Source: Balanoglossus misakiensis (lineage: Eukaryota > Animalia > Hemichordata). Taken from it: 64,000 nt of DNA. Positions 50,175-62,600 of this stretch are shown in pieces. Location: positions 4,763,227 through 4,827,226 of the forward strand of contig CM082579.2 of NCBI GenBank assembly GCA_040954595.2, in the 5' to 3' direction. The translations under genes were made by a program, and so were the position numbers. The first letter of the stretch is position 1. Every line of letters begins with the position of its first letter. The notes beneath the pieces are model-generated. The model saw only the letters and a list, made by a program, of their open reading frames with translations, was not told the origin of the DNA and searched no databases.

Positions 50175-51819
50175 GAAGGTCTAATGTGACTGATAGTGGT
50201 GCGCGATTGGGGCCAACGTTTCCTTGTCGTTAAGATATTACAGAAACATTTCATTTATATCTGTTTTAAACGGTTGTGCCACAGATGAATAAGCACATTT
50301 ATCCGTAACTGTTATGGACTCATGAAAGTCGTGCTTTTACAACATCATTTGGAAAACATAATCACAAAACATAAACTCGTGTACAAAGGTTGGAGTGGCA
50401 CTGATGTCGAACAATTAAAACATTTATGGCCAGCAGTCTGTGGATATGACACGAATCCTGGAGAATTGAAAGAGTGACGTCGCCGCTATTATTAAATTCA
50501 GTGTATGAAACGCAGAAAAATCACTAAAAAGATGATTCAGTGATTGATACACGTGTCGGCTTATAACAACAAACGTCCCACATGCTTTCGAGAAATACGT
50601 GCCGTTTGGAGGGATTTGCTACATCGTTCTACAGTGCACATTATTCGATATTATTTTACAGGATAGGTTGCTTTGGTCTGTATAAAACAATTTGTATTTG
50701 ACAAACATACACAATCCGACATTTCATCAACTTTGTGCAACATCACTTTTGATACAGGCCAATTGACTTGAGACGCGTCAGAGCAATCGTTTTCAAAAAA
50801 GCTTCAAACAATAATACAATCTCGTTGCTGATTGGTTCGAGTCACCTGGACTTCTTGGACATGGTAATAACCGTCTACCATCCGGGCATTTTCGTAAAAG
50901 ATTGTCACGCTGCTCAGTGAACGTTCACGTAGGCTTCATTTTGACGCGGAGCGCAGAAAACTCAACGACAGAGTTTCTGCGCTGTTTATTTTGCTGTAAA
51001 GGCCACGGTAAGTAAAGTAACAGACTAGACACAAATACTCAGTTATTGGCCAGACATATAGGTTATATTTTGGCGAGTTCTGGACAACTGAGTCCAACGT
51101 CCGACGAGCACTGAACAAGAACACACGTCGCAGTCAAACAGCTCGAGTCAGTGTTTCTCTGCGTTTGAATTTACAAATTCCTTTCTTTCGCGTTACCCAA
51201 CCCGAGATGCACGGTTTATTAGTCTAGTCCGTGTTGTAGCTCTTTGTCGGTGGGCGGCCGGTTGTACGCCCAAAACACTATACAGTTTCTCTGGAAGATG
51301 AAGTTTCGGTCAATTGGTAGCGGGTTCGCTTGTTGTCAGCGTGTTTTCGAGTGTGAGAGTATGCAAATTTCGTATTCAGCCCACAATTGTAAAATAAAAA
51401 GTGTTAATTAACCAAGTTGCCAAAGTGAGAGTGAAATTCGAGGCAACTATGCAGATTTTATGGTGTACCATCTGTGAATGAACAACAGTTGGTGTGCGGT
51501 GATCACGGCAGACGTTTTGTTTCATGTTCTTGGGATAGACGTTCACTTCAACGTTCTTCTACTTATTTTTCAGATGCGTTGACCAGATGAACCGATAATA
51601 TCCAGAAATCAAGCTGAGGCCGCCATGCAGCTGTAACTGGGAGAGGATAGTGCTTGTGTGTTCCATGGCTGATTGGAGACCAACAGATTCTATGATGTTA
51701 CAAGCCAGATGCAACAAGTAAGCGGCATTTATACATGTATATTATAGTAAGTGATATAGACATAAATAAAATCCCCGGGGCGGGTGGGTCCCATCCCTTA
51801 GATCGTCGGTTTAATATAA

Positions 51820-52115
51820 TTAATACAAGTTTTTTTTAGATGTGTAATCTTTCGTCATTTTTCAATAAAAAATAATAAAAACATACACGTTGTACTGATA
51901 AAACTGCGAGTGGTTTATTTCCGTACCGATCATCTTCGCGCGTGCGTACATAGTTAATACAAGTTTTTTGGGATTTGTAATCTTTCGTCATTTTTGAATA
52001 AAAAATATTAAAAACATAAACAATGTACTGACAAAACTGGGAGTGGTTTATTTGTACCGGTCATCTTCACACGTACGTACATCTCTTGGTCCGTTTTTGA
52101 GATTTGTAATCTTTT
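51820..52115. repeat. Degenerate ~133-bp tandem duplication (two copies plus a partial one)
   Basis: ttaatacaagtttttt...gtaatctttcgtcattttt.aataaaaa...gtactga.aaaactg.gagtggtttattt...tcatcttc...cgtaca occurs at ~51820 and ~51954. Confidence 0.7.
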
Positions 52116-52159
52116 CTTTTTCCCTCACTACAATAAAAGTGTTTGTGTATGTCTCTGTT

Positions 52160-52208
52160 AGCCCGAGTCTGTTATTATAGTAAAGCCCGAGTCTGTTATT
52201 ATAGTAAA
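52160..52208. repeat. Short perfect direct repeat
   Basis: agcccgagtctgttattatagtaa twice in tandem. Confidence 0.8.
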
Positions 52209-52754
52209 ATAAATTGTTTACGTATGCTTTCCAGAAGTTTTTTTTGAGATTTGTAATTTTTTTTAATTACTCCAATGTCATTTTATTAAAATTTTCCTCT
52301 AGGTTTTTGTGATTGTACGTTTTGTATTTTTTATAACTTACGATTAGCCCCAATGTACAGTGGGTCTAATAATATATCATTTACAATGTCAAGAGATAAC
52401 AAAACTTTTTTTGCCAGAATAACAACACATTGTTTATTTATCTCGATTTCACCTTTTGATTGTAATTCAATTTTAAAGTTGTGAATTATCTATTTCCCAT
52501 TGTCTGTGATAATTAACCATTCATGAAGAGTGAACCCCTGTGTTTGGACACTTGTTGGACATCAGTTCACTTCGCGCATGGATTGTCATTTTGCATCCTT
52601 CACATTTTTGTCAGTCAGAATATTACTGTCTTTCAAAATTTGTTTGACCAAATTAAATTCGATGTACAATTTATTGCATAAGTCCACAGAACGTCCTGTA
52701 TATCTTTTGTTTGTGGTCTTCAAACTTTAATTCTGTGTTTATTTGAATTCTTGT

Positions 52755-53482
52755 ATTTTCAATAAAACTAGAATAATACGAAAGATTTAACTCGTCTCTG
52801 TATCATTTTATTCAACCAATACTAAGATTGTCATTGAAGCATGGTCAAAAGTCGGCCCTTGATTTGAAAAACAAAATCTCTCCTCACTGACACTAAAAAC
52901 GTATCCTGTCAATTATAATTGATTCTGACTGCTGCCTTACCCAGCTCAGCGAACCGATTTTGTACCAACTTCTACAGTATGTAACAATACGGGTGCTATA
53001 TGAACATAACATTTCAGTGTTTTGAAACCAGCATCATTTTGTTATGGCACAAACAAGTTTACCGACTTTGAATACTTCGAAAAGTGCTCGTTATTGTGAG
53101 TGTGTGTCTGTGTGTGTCTGTGTGTAAGTTGTATATTCCAGCCATGCAACTGTGACTACATGAGGTAAGCGCTTGTATGTTTCATGGCCGAGTGAAGACC
53201 GGTGGATACTATGTGGATTTCAAGCAGTATTTAACAAGTAAGTGACACTCTCCATTGGGAATGGGGTTTTTCCCTTTATCCAAGTCCACAGAATGTAATC
53301 TATATCCTCTGTATTAAAACTGGAAATTTGTGTTAATTTGAAAACCGTTTTTCAATAAAAATGGAATAAAACTAAAGTCGTAACTCGTGTCCGTATCGCT
53401 TTATTCAACCAATGCTAAGAAACTTGGTCAAAAGTCAGTCCTTGATTTGAAAACAATCAGTTGTCTCAGTGACCCTTAAAAA
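52755..53482. repeat. Local ~140-bp direct duplication (copies at ~52755-52900 and ~53348-53482)
   Basis: Both copies share ttttcaataaaa...aactcgt.tc.gtatc..ttttattcaaccaat.ctaaga...tggtcaaaagtc.g.ccttgatttgaaaa. Confidence 0.65.
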
Positions 53483-53960
53483 TTTATCATTTGCGATTTG
53501 ATTGATACTTATAAAATACTCTAATCGCCAATCAAAATGCGCCCCCAGCGGCGAGGATGCGAACACATCCTCACAAGAGATGCAGAATTTGGACCACAGG
53601 TTGGAACAAAGTGTTGGTTTCTGTGGGGTCTGCGGAAGTTTTGCCTTTGTCGGCAGTAAGCCTTCAGGTATGTCCTTGAAAAGGTGAACAAACTCGGCGG
53701 GTGTGTATTCTCATTTCAAGAACATAAAATGTTTTATATACTATGTTTGCTTGCATGCATGCTGTCGCTGATCGTGAAAAAATATTATGCTTGTCAAATT
53801 TTCATATGCGATAATCACCTTTTCAAACACATGTTACAGGACCACCCTGTGAAACGTACATTTTTGCTATCAGACCGTATCCGGCATCCAGCCCAAAGGG
53901 TAGGCGTCGACAGGCATTTCGAAGTATTGGATATTGTTTCTGTTGACTGTGTAGGCCGTC

Positions 53961-55118
53961 ATGGGTAGAACTCTCACAACGACGCAGTGTGTTGTGCTAT
54001 TACTAGTGAGTGTATCTTTTATGACATTTGTTCAATTTTTTTATACGTCAACGCGAGCCCGCACAGCACCAACGATAACTCAAACGGACCGTGTTTACAG
54101 ACCAACTGACGTCAACAGTGTAAATCTATACGACGGCGACTCAGCGGCGATTCAACTTCGCCTGTGGAACGATTCGTGTGATATTTCATATAACTGTCTC
54201 CAAACTTTGAAACAATACATTTATGAGGGAAGGCAACATATGCTTCAGTTCAGCGAAGATGGATATGATGTCTGCAAGGATAATGTCACTGTCCGCGGAA
54301 AGGCGCCGATAAAACCTCTGACACCCAACCCTGCACCGGTTGTACCGAACATCGCTCACTATGTATGGTTCGGAAGTCCGGAATTTCGGTTCGATCACCT
54401 GATCAGCCTGTTGAGTGCCCACAGAATCATGAAAGCTGAGCGAATCATGTTCCACACGGATTCTGAACCGACCGGGAGGTACTGGAAAGAAGCGAAAAGC
54501 AGCATCCCCATCTTGGAAGTTGTGCACAGGGAAATGCCCATGAGAGTCTTCAATTATTCTCTGAAGAAGGCGGATATACGTCATCGATCGGATATCAGTC
54601 GATTGGAGATATTACTGGAATACGGAGGCGTGTACATGGACACTGACGTCATCGTGGTCAAACCGCTGGATTCGCTGCGTTATTACGACTGTGTGTTTGG
54701 CTTGGAACAGTATACAAGACTCCACAATGGCATAATATTCGCCAAGAAACAGTCTCTCTTCATCAAACTGTATATTGACGCTTACCAAATCTACAACAGG
54801 TTCTGCTGGAACTGCGACTCCATTCAGTTTCCCTACACGTTGTCGGTACAGTGTCCTCACCTCGTTTACGTGGAGACGGAGCACCGTCTTGTGAAAATGT
54901 TGATAGAACAGAAGCTATACACGGATAAATATAAATTCTACTGGCCGTTAGATAAATACTTGACTGTCCACACGTTCATACGGTGGTATCACGAATCGCC
55001 TGAGCACGGCGACACAAATGTGATTTTCGACGCCGAGAACATAAAACAGATGAACACGCCCTTTGCGGAGATGTGTCGATACATCTACTACGGCAGCAAA
55101 GATATCATCGACAGATGA
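53961..55118 (+). CDS. Glycosyltransferase family 32 (DXD; A4GNT/A4GALT-like), paralogue of the 49023-50174 gene, intronless CDS
   Basis: 385-aa ORF with TM segment (VVLLLVSVSFMTFVQFFY), VVPNIAHYVWFGS and RSDISRLEILLEYGGVYMDTDV; AATAAA just after the stop. Confidence 0.9.
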   Translation: MGRTLTTTQCVVLLLVSVSFMTFVQFFYTSTRARTAPTITQTDRVYRPTDVNSVNLYDGDSAAIQLRLWNDSCDISYNCLQTLKQYIYEGRQHMLQFSEDGYDVCKDNVTVRGKAPIKPLTPNPAPVVPNIAHYVWFGSPEFRFDHLISLLSAHRIMKAERIMFHTDSEPTGRYWKEAKSSIPILEVVHREMPMRVFNYSLKKADIRHRSDISRLEILLEYGGVYMDTDVIVVKPLDSLRYYDCVFGLEQYTRLHNGIIFAKKQSLFIKLYIDAYQIYNRFCWNCDSIQFPYTLSVQCPHLVYVETEHRLVKMLIEQKLYTDKYKFYWPLDKYLTVHTFIRWYHESPEHGDTNVIFDAENIKQMNTPFAEMCRYIYYGSKDIIDR

Positions 55119-58100
55119 TGTTCTGAAATAAAAAAAATATCATGATTTAAGAAACCAAAGGTGAAACATTATAGACGCGTATATTTTTGCTCTCGCGAAG
55201 TTCGCGACATTTCCCCGTTTTACAATAATTCTTTTGGTGCAGGCAGCGCGCACGATGGTACCAGGAACCGAGTAACAAAATAATCATTGTATATTTGTAT
55301 AAAATGTGAGTGCGACCTTTAGCTCAATCTTCTTCCCTGCATATACTAGTAGTTTGCACAAGCTGCTCGCAGTCGAAGCTGTTTCCCTAAAAGCTTATAC
55401 ATTGTATTTCAAAATCACGTGGAGCTTGCTAGCAAACCACATTCGTTGACTTTCTTTACTTCGGGAACGAATGTGGTTGTTTGGAAAGCAGGAGCCATTC
55501 ACCAAATTGATCTCTGTTGATCTGTACTTCAGATTTTTTTTTCGTACGCGGTGGGTGGATGGATAGGCATTTTTAACCCTATACGTGTATATGTTTTTCT
55601 TGGCTAATCCGCGTGTTTATTCTGCATTTGAACCAATTCTGGCATGACACGCGCTCGCATTATCAAGTGATGGTTCATGTCGCATGCACAAGCTGTTCAC
55701 GGTTGTGAATAATACAAAGTTTACTTTTTCACTGTTTATTTTGTTCAAAGTAGACGCGACGCAGCTGGTTAGTCGATTTTGAGACTAAAGAGAGACTGGC
55801 ATAGACAGAGCGGAAAACATCCGCCATGCATCGTGGATTCTATGACAATTATCCTCTGGGTCCGATGCGGGTCATCCGTCTATATGATTATATAAGCGAG
55901 CTGATGCCAGCAGTCGCTATGCTATAAGTTATTAGCTGCCACAACTGGTATTATGGCAAAGATTAGTGTTTGGGCATCTGAACAATAATGCACTACTATG
56001 ATACGCGCGTGGTTTATTGTTACACGGACAACAGTTGGAGATGAATAGAATCTACTTTCAACTAATACAACCCTCCAAGTACTCAAAATAAAATAAACAA
56101 TAGTATTTTATATCTACAAAGTAGTGATGTCGCAGTTTTCCGTACAGATCAGATTTTAATGTCTGAATTTATTTGCTGAACTGCCCACGTGAGTATCGAC
56201 AATACAATAAACAGGTACCAATATTATTCACAGTATCAATAGTGGTCCCGAATTGCAAGCTGTCACGTCACTTTATGAGAGACGACGAGGCTCACTAAAT
56301 CCCATCTCGTAATTTCATTTGTCCGCATCGGTATTTGAAACAGCTGTAACTTCATGTGAATGCACGTAAGACGTGTCCATATTGATATCGCTGATTTTCT
56401 TGCATGACGTGAGGGTTTTTTGGACACATGTGGTACGCCCGAGTTCAAGAGATCGTGATGTAATTTGCGTCAGACGCACACCGGAATTATATAGCGTATA
56501 TCAATATTATGTCCTTTAAACGAAAGAAAAACTTCCAAGGATGCGGATGAGAGGGCGCTTTCACAACAGGAAGTTGCACAGGGATGTGATCAAGGTACAT
56601 TTTTGTGATTCTACACATGGCAAAAGAAGCGTGCGGGGCATATGTGTTAGTGACTACCAATATGCAAATCACTATCAAAACTAGGTTTGCAACCTCGTTT
56701 CTTTGGAAACTCCAAAGTTGCCAAGCGAATGTGATTGAATCATGTGATCACGCGTAGTGATAATAGTGCGTCACGCACGCTATATTGCGTCAAAGTTTTG
56801 ATAATGGTTCTGATTTCATATGGCTTTAACATATGAACGACTTGACTCGGCATTTACGCAAAATGTCTGAGAAAAATTTCAAGAACCAATCATTTCACGT
56901 TGACATCTCCCTTTTAAAAAAAAAACATCTTTGAAACTTTATCCCGTGGCAATTTTCAATACCATCGGAAAATGCCAGGAACAAATTGCTTTCGCCAGGG
57001 AAAGAAATTCGCCGAGCCTAATTGAAACCTGATTGTGCGTATTGATCAGAGAGAATGGCGGCCGTGATTTGCCTGATTGGCAGCCGCGGATTCATTATAT
57101 TTATATTTTGCTGTATTATTTCCCGTGGGCCATAGTGTGCTTATCCAATTTCATCTCACAATTGGTTGACGTCGGCGCATTTTTGTGATTATCGCATCAA
57201 CAATGACGACGGGGGAAACCTGCTAATGGTGTAATCCCGCCAAAAGTTGCACGCAAAAAAATTCTCGCTGCATGATTATCGCCTTATTTGTATTCATTGG
57301 GACGAAGGACACAATATGCTGATAATTCTATCCCTTTTGCCATTGTTCGCGATCGGCAAATGGCGGTGTACTACAAATGCCTGTGATTGTCAAGAAAAAA
57401 AACTGCAATCAATGTTTGCTAGCAGACGGCATACTGCATCTGCCGAGGACATGTACGTTACTGTCTCTGCAAACCCTGCATCGACCGGGGGTTGTGTCGA
57501 GTTGCACATAAGTGGGGCGCAATCAAGCCCACATCTCGGCTTGAACAAGCATCTTGAAGACGGGGCTGTTTTAACGCGCAATATCGGAAAATCTAATAGT
57601 GAATTTGTTGAGATGATTTACATTCCCCGTAGAAAGTCCAAATATCAGACAATCCATTTACAATGATGTCAAAACACATTTTATGATCTCTCAAATGAAA
57701 TTCGCTTCGGGGCACCATTCATCATACAGCCAATCGTCTTTACATGTAATCGGGCAGCTCGGCGGTGCACCGGAGAATCGAGTCCGAAACTTGGACTTCG
57801 TTTAATTACACAGTTATTTATTGCGGCAGATTGGAGATAGTGTTTGGGACAGGCATGCAGTTAAGATGGGCGAACCGGGTATTGCACGGGGCTTCGCAGA
57901 GGTCGTTTCTCTGCCGTTGCAAGTGGGCCAACAGAGTTGATCTCTCCGCGCGGTGCTCTTCTTCGCTACTGCATATAGATATGCATTGATTCAAGAATGT
58001 TTCTCATATCCGTGGACACAGATTGTCACCTTACGTCACGCCTGCTTTCCGTTTTGGATAATTTGCTATGTACACGACAGTTTGCTGAGATTAAGGCGTT

Positions 58101-59359
58101 CTTTACGAAAGAAAGTAAAAGTATATGGTGATGAACTTTAACACCCAATCATAGATGCACGACGGTTGCCGCCGAGAATCGTTTTTTTTCCGTAATATCA
58201 AAGTGAATTAGGTGCAACAACGCCAGAGGAGTTAAGAATGTATCGATGTAATTTAAATAATTCGTATGCATTGATTTTTCAAACACGAAAATAATATTAC
58301 ATAAGCCTGTATAGCTGCCCATGTATCAAGAACGTTAAGTTTCAAATCAATAACGAACGGAAAGAAAGAAATATAGTGTTATATTCAGCCTTATCTTGGA
58401 GACACATTGTCAAAAAAGTAAGTAAGTGACGGTTACGTCATAATGAAAGCACTTGAAAAAAAAACGATATAATAGCCGATTTCTTTGCAGACTTTTCTGT
58501 TTCATTTGATTACGGATTTTAATATGGTACACATTTTCAAAATATACCTTTAGTTGTGACAGATTACACGCGTGTTAATTTCATTAAGTCGATATAGAAT
58601 GTCAACACTTTGTCAGTCGTTTAGAATTAAGCACTTAACATGATATGAATGGTTTTTTTTCAGAGACTGTGCAAAGATAGAGCGTCATAAGTCATTCAAT
58701 GAATTATAAATTCTATAATTATACATAGCAGTTATACAACCCTTTGTGTGTCAAATTTGTCATTGATTTATCTAATTATTTTCTGAGTATCACAGAACGT
58801 AACCTGGTGAAGAAAGTGGCCAACCGAACAGTCGTCTACGAAGATCTATATGGAAGTCCAGAAGTCCCTAAATTTAAGAAAACGCTGAGAGAGATTAACG
58901 TTGAACAAACTACCCCAAAATCGAACCTTTTACCGGTGTCTCATTCGAGACATAATTAACTGAAGGGATCTGAATGTTAATTCGCGTATATTATTATTTC
59001 TCTACCGATTCCCAATTGATGTGGTTTTATCAAATTCAAAGGAAATGTAGTTAAGAAGCTAAAAACGTATTAGTATTACTGTAGAAGGACACTGATGAAC
59101 TTAATTTTATCACTCACTCAGGAAGTAAAATCCACGGCGATTGGCTCGTGCCCATGAGTGCAGTATAGCTCATGGAGGCAACATATGACATGATTATTTT
59201 AAGTTATTGCATTGGGCAATGCTTATGTGGGAAATAAACATATGGTATCATTTTTCCAACCGAATTTTATTTGACGTTTAATCTTGATTTATTTTACTAA
59301 AGATGGTCACCGTGGGGGTCGTATTGCTAAAGGTAATGCTGGCCTCCGTGATGAAAACC

Positions 59360-59612
59360 CACATCCCATGAAAAATGTCCCAAAAGTCGGAAATTTGTCA
59401 TTTTTTTACAATTTTCATAACCTGAAACATGAAAATTATCCACAAATGAGAAAAACACTAAAATTCGCAAAGTCAAGAATTTGTCATTTCTTCACAATTT
59501 TCATGAGCTATAACCCATGAAAAATATCCACAAATGAGAAAAACACCAAAAATTCGCAAGTCGAGAATTTGTCATTTTTTCACATTTTTTATGAGCTATA
59601 ACCCATGAAAAT
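59360..59612 (-). repeat. About three diverged satellite monomers in opposite orientation at the array border
   Basis: atgagctataacccatg at ~59503 and ~59591 (about 88 bp apart) is the reverse complement of the array's catgggttatagctcat; a more decayed copy lies further upstream. Confidence 0.75.
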
Positions 59613-59619
59613 CAGAAAT

Positions 59620-62600
59620 GTTTTTCGAAATTTGGTCATTTTTCGACAAAAACCATGGGTTATAGCTCATGAAAATCGTCCAAAATCGACGATTTTTCGA
59701 CTTCGCGGATTTTCGAAATTTGGTGGTTTTTCGACAAAAACCATGGGTTATAGCTCATGAAAATCGTCCAAAATCGACGATTTTTCGACTTCGCGGATTT
59801 TCGAAATTTGGTGGTTTTTCGACAAAAACCATGGGTTATAGCTCATGAAAATCGTCCAAAATCGACGATTTTTCGACTTCGCGGATTTTCGAAATTTGGT
59901 GGTTTTTCGACAAAAACCATGGGTTATAGCTCATGAAAATCGTCCAAATCGACGATTTTTCGACTTCGCGGGATTTTTCGAAATTTGGTGGTTTTTCGAC
60001 AAAAACCATGGGTTATAGCTCATGAAAATCGTCCAAAATCGACGATTTTTCGACTTCGCGGATTTTCGAAATTTGGTGGTTTTTCGACAAAAACCATGGG
60101 TTATAGCTCATGAAAATCGTCCAAAATCGACGATTTTTCGACTTCGCGGATTTTCGAAATTTGGTGGTTTTCGACAAAAACCATGGGTTATAGCTCATGA
60201 AAATCGTCCAAAATCGACGATTTTTCGACTTCGCGGATTTCGAAATTTGGTGGTTTTTCGACAAAAACCATGGGTTATAGCTCATGAAAATCGTCCAAAA
60301 TCGACGATTTTTCGACTTCGCGGATTTTCGAAATTTGGTGGTTTTTCGACAAAAACCATGGGTTATAGCTCATGAAAATCGTCCAAAATCGACGATTTTT
60401 CGACTTCGCGGATTTTCGAAATTTGGTGGTTTTTCGACAAAAACCATGGGTTATAGCTCATGAAAATCGTCCAAAATCGACGATTTTTCGACTTCGCGGA
60501 TTTTCGAAATTTGGTGGTTTTTCGACAAAAACCATGGGTTATAGCTCATGAAAATCGTCCAAAATCGACGATTTTTCGACTTCGCGGATTTTCGAAATTT
60601 GGTGGTTTTTCGACAAAAACCATGGGTTATAGCTCATGAAATCGTCCAAAATCGACGATTTTTCGACTTCGCGGATTTTCGAAATTTGGTGGTTTTTCGA
60701 CAAAAACCATGGGTTATAGCTCATGAAAATCGTCCAAAATCGACGATTTTTCGACTTCGCGGATTTTCGAAATTTGGTGGTTTTTCGACAAAAACCATGG
60801 GTTATAGCTCATGAAAATCGTCCAAAATCGACGATTTTTCGACTTCGCGGATTTTCGAAATTTGGTGGTTTTTCGACAAAAACCATGGGTTATAGCTCAT
60901 GAAAATCGTCCAAAATCGACGATTTTTCGACTTCGCGGATTTTCGAAATTTGGTGGATTTTCGACAAAAACCATGGGTTATAGCTCATGAAAATCGTCCA
61001 AAATCGACGAATTTTTCGACTTCGCGGATTTCGAAATTTGGTGGATTTTCGACAAAAACCATGGGTTATAGCTCATGAAAATCGTCCAAAATCGACGATT
61101 TTTCGACTTCGCGGATTTTCGAAATTTGGTGGTTTTTCGACAAAAACCATGGGTTATAGCTCATGAAAATCGTCCCAAAATCGACGATTTTCGACTTCGC
61201 GGATTTTCGAAATTTGGTGGATTTTCGACAAAAATCATGGGTTATAGCTCATGAAAATCGTCCAAAATCGACGATTTTTCGACTTCGCGGATTTTCGAAA
61301 TTTGGTGGTTTTTCGACAAAAACCATGGGTTATAGCTCATGAAAATCGTCCAAAATCGACGATTTTTTCGACTTCGCGGATTTTCGAAATTTGGTGGTTT
61401 TTCGACAAAAACCATGGGTTATAGCTCATGAAAATCGTCCAAAATCGACGATTTTTCGACTTCGCGGATTTTCGAAATTTGGTGGTTTTTCGACAAAAAC
61501 CATGGGTTATAGCTCATGAAAATCGTCCAAAATCGACGATTTTTCGACTTCGCGGATTTTCGAAATTTGGTGGTTTTTCGACAAAAACCATGGGTTATAG
61601 CTCATGAAAATCGTCCAAAATCGACGATTTTTCGACTTCGCGGATTTTCGAAATTTGGTGGTTTTTCGACAAAAAACCATGGGTTATAGCTCATGAAAAT
61701 CGTCCAAAATCGACGATTTTTCGACTTCGCGGATTTTCGAAATTTGGTGTTTTTCGACAAAAACCATGGGTTATAGCTCATGAAAATCGTCCAAAATCGA
61801 CGATTTTTCGACTTCGCGGATTTTCGAAATTTGGTGGTTTTTCGACAAAAACCATGGGTTATAGCTCATGAAAATCGTCCAAAATCGACGATTTTTCGAC
61901 TTCGCGGATTTTCGAAATTTGGTGGTTTTTCGACAAAAACCATGGGTTATAGCTCATGAAAATCGTCCAAAATCGACGATTTTTCGACTTCGCGGATTTC
62001 GAAATTTGGTGGTTTTTCGACAAAACCATGGGTTATAGCTCATGAAAATCGTCCAAAATCGACGATTTTTCGACTTCGCGGATTTTCGAAATTTGGTGGT
62101 TTTTCGACAAAAACCATGGGTTATAGCTCATGAAAATCGTCCAAAATCGACGATTTTTCGACTTCGCGGATTTTCGAAATTTGGTGGTTTTTCGACAAAA
62201 ACCATGGGTTATAGCTCATGAAAATCGTCCAAAATCGACGATTTTTCGACTTCGCGGATTTTCGAAATTTGGTGGTTTTTCGACAAAAACCATGGGTTAT
62301 AGCTCATGAAAATCGTCCAAAATCGACGATTTTTCGACTTCGCGGATTTTCGAAATTTGGTGGTTTTTCGACAAAAACCATGGGTTATAGCTCATGAAAA
62401 TCGTCCAAAATCGACGATTTTTCGACTTCGCGGATTTTCGAAATTTGGTGGTTTTTCGACAAAAACCATGGGTTATAGCTCATGAAAATCGTCCAAAATC
62501 GACGATTTTTCGACTTCGCGGATTTTCGAAATTTGGTGGTTTTTCGACAAAAACCATGGGTTATAGCTCATGAAAATCGTCCAAAATCGACGATTTTTCG

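Noticed and set aside
50833-50848. GGTTCGAGTC B-box-like motif suggesting a tRNA or SINE
   Set aside because: No A-box or cloverleaf stems are visible around it.
59690-59720. CENP-B box in the satellite monomer
   Set aside because: TTCG is present but the required TTCG-N4-A-N2-CGGG spacing is not.
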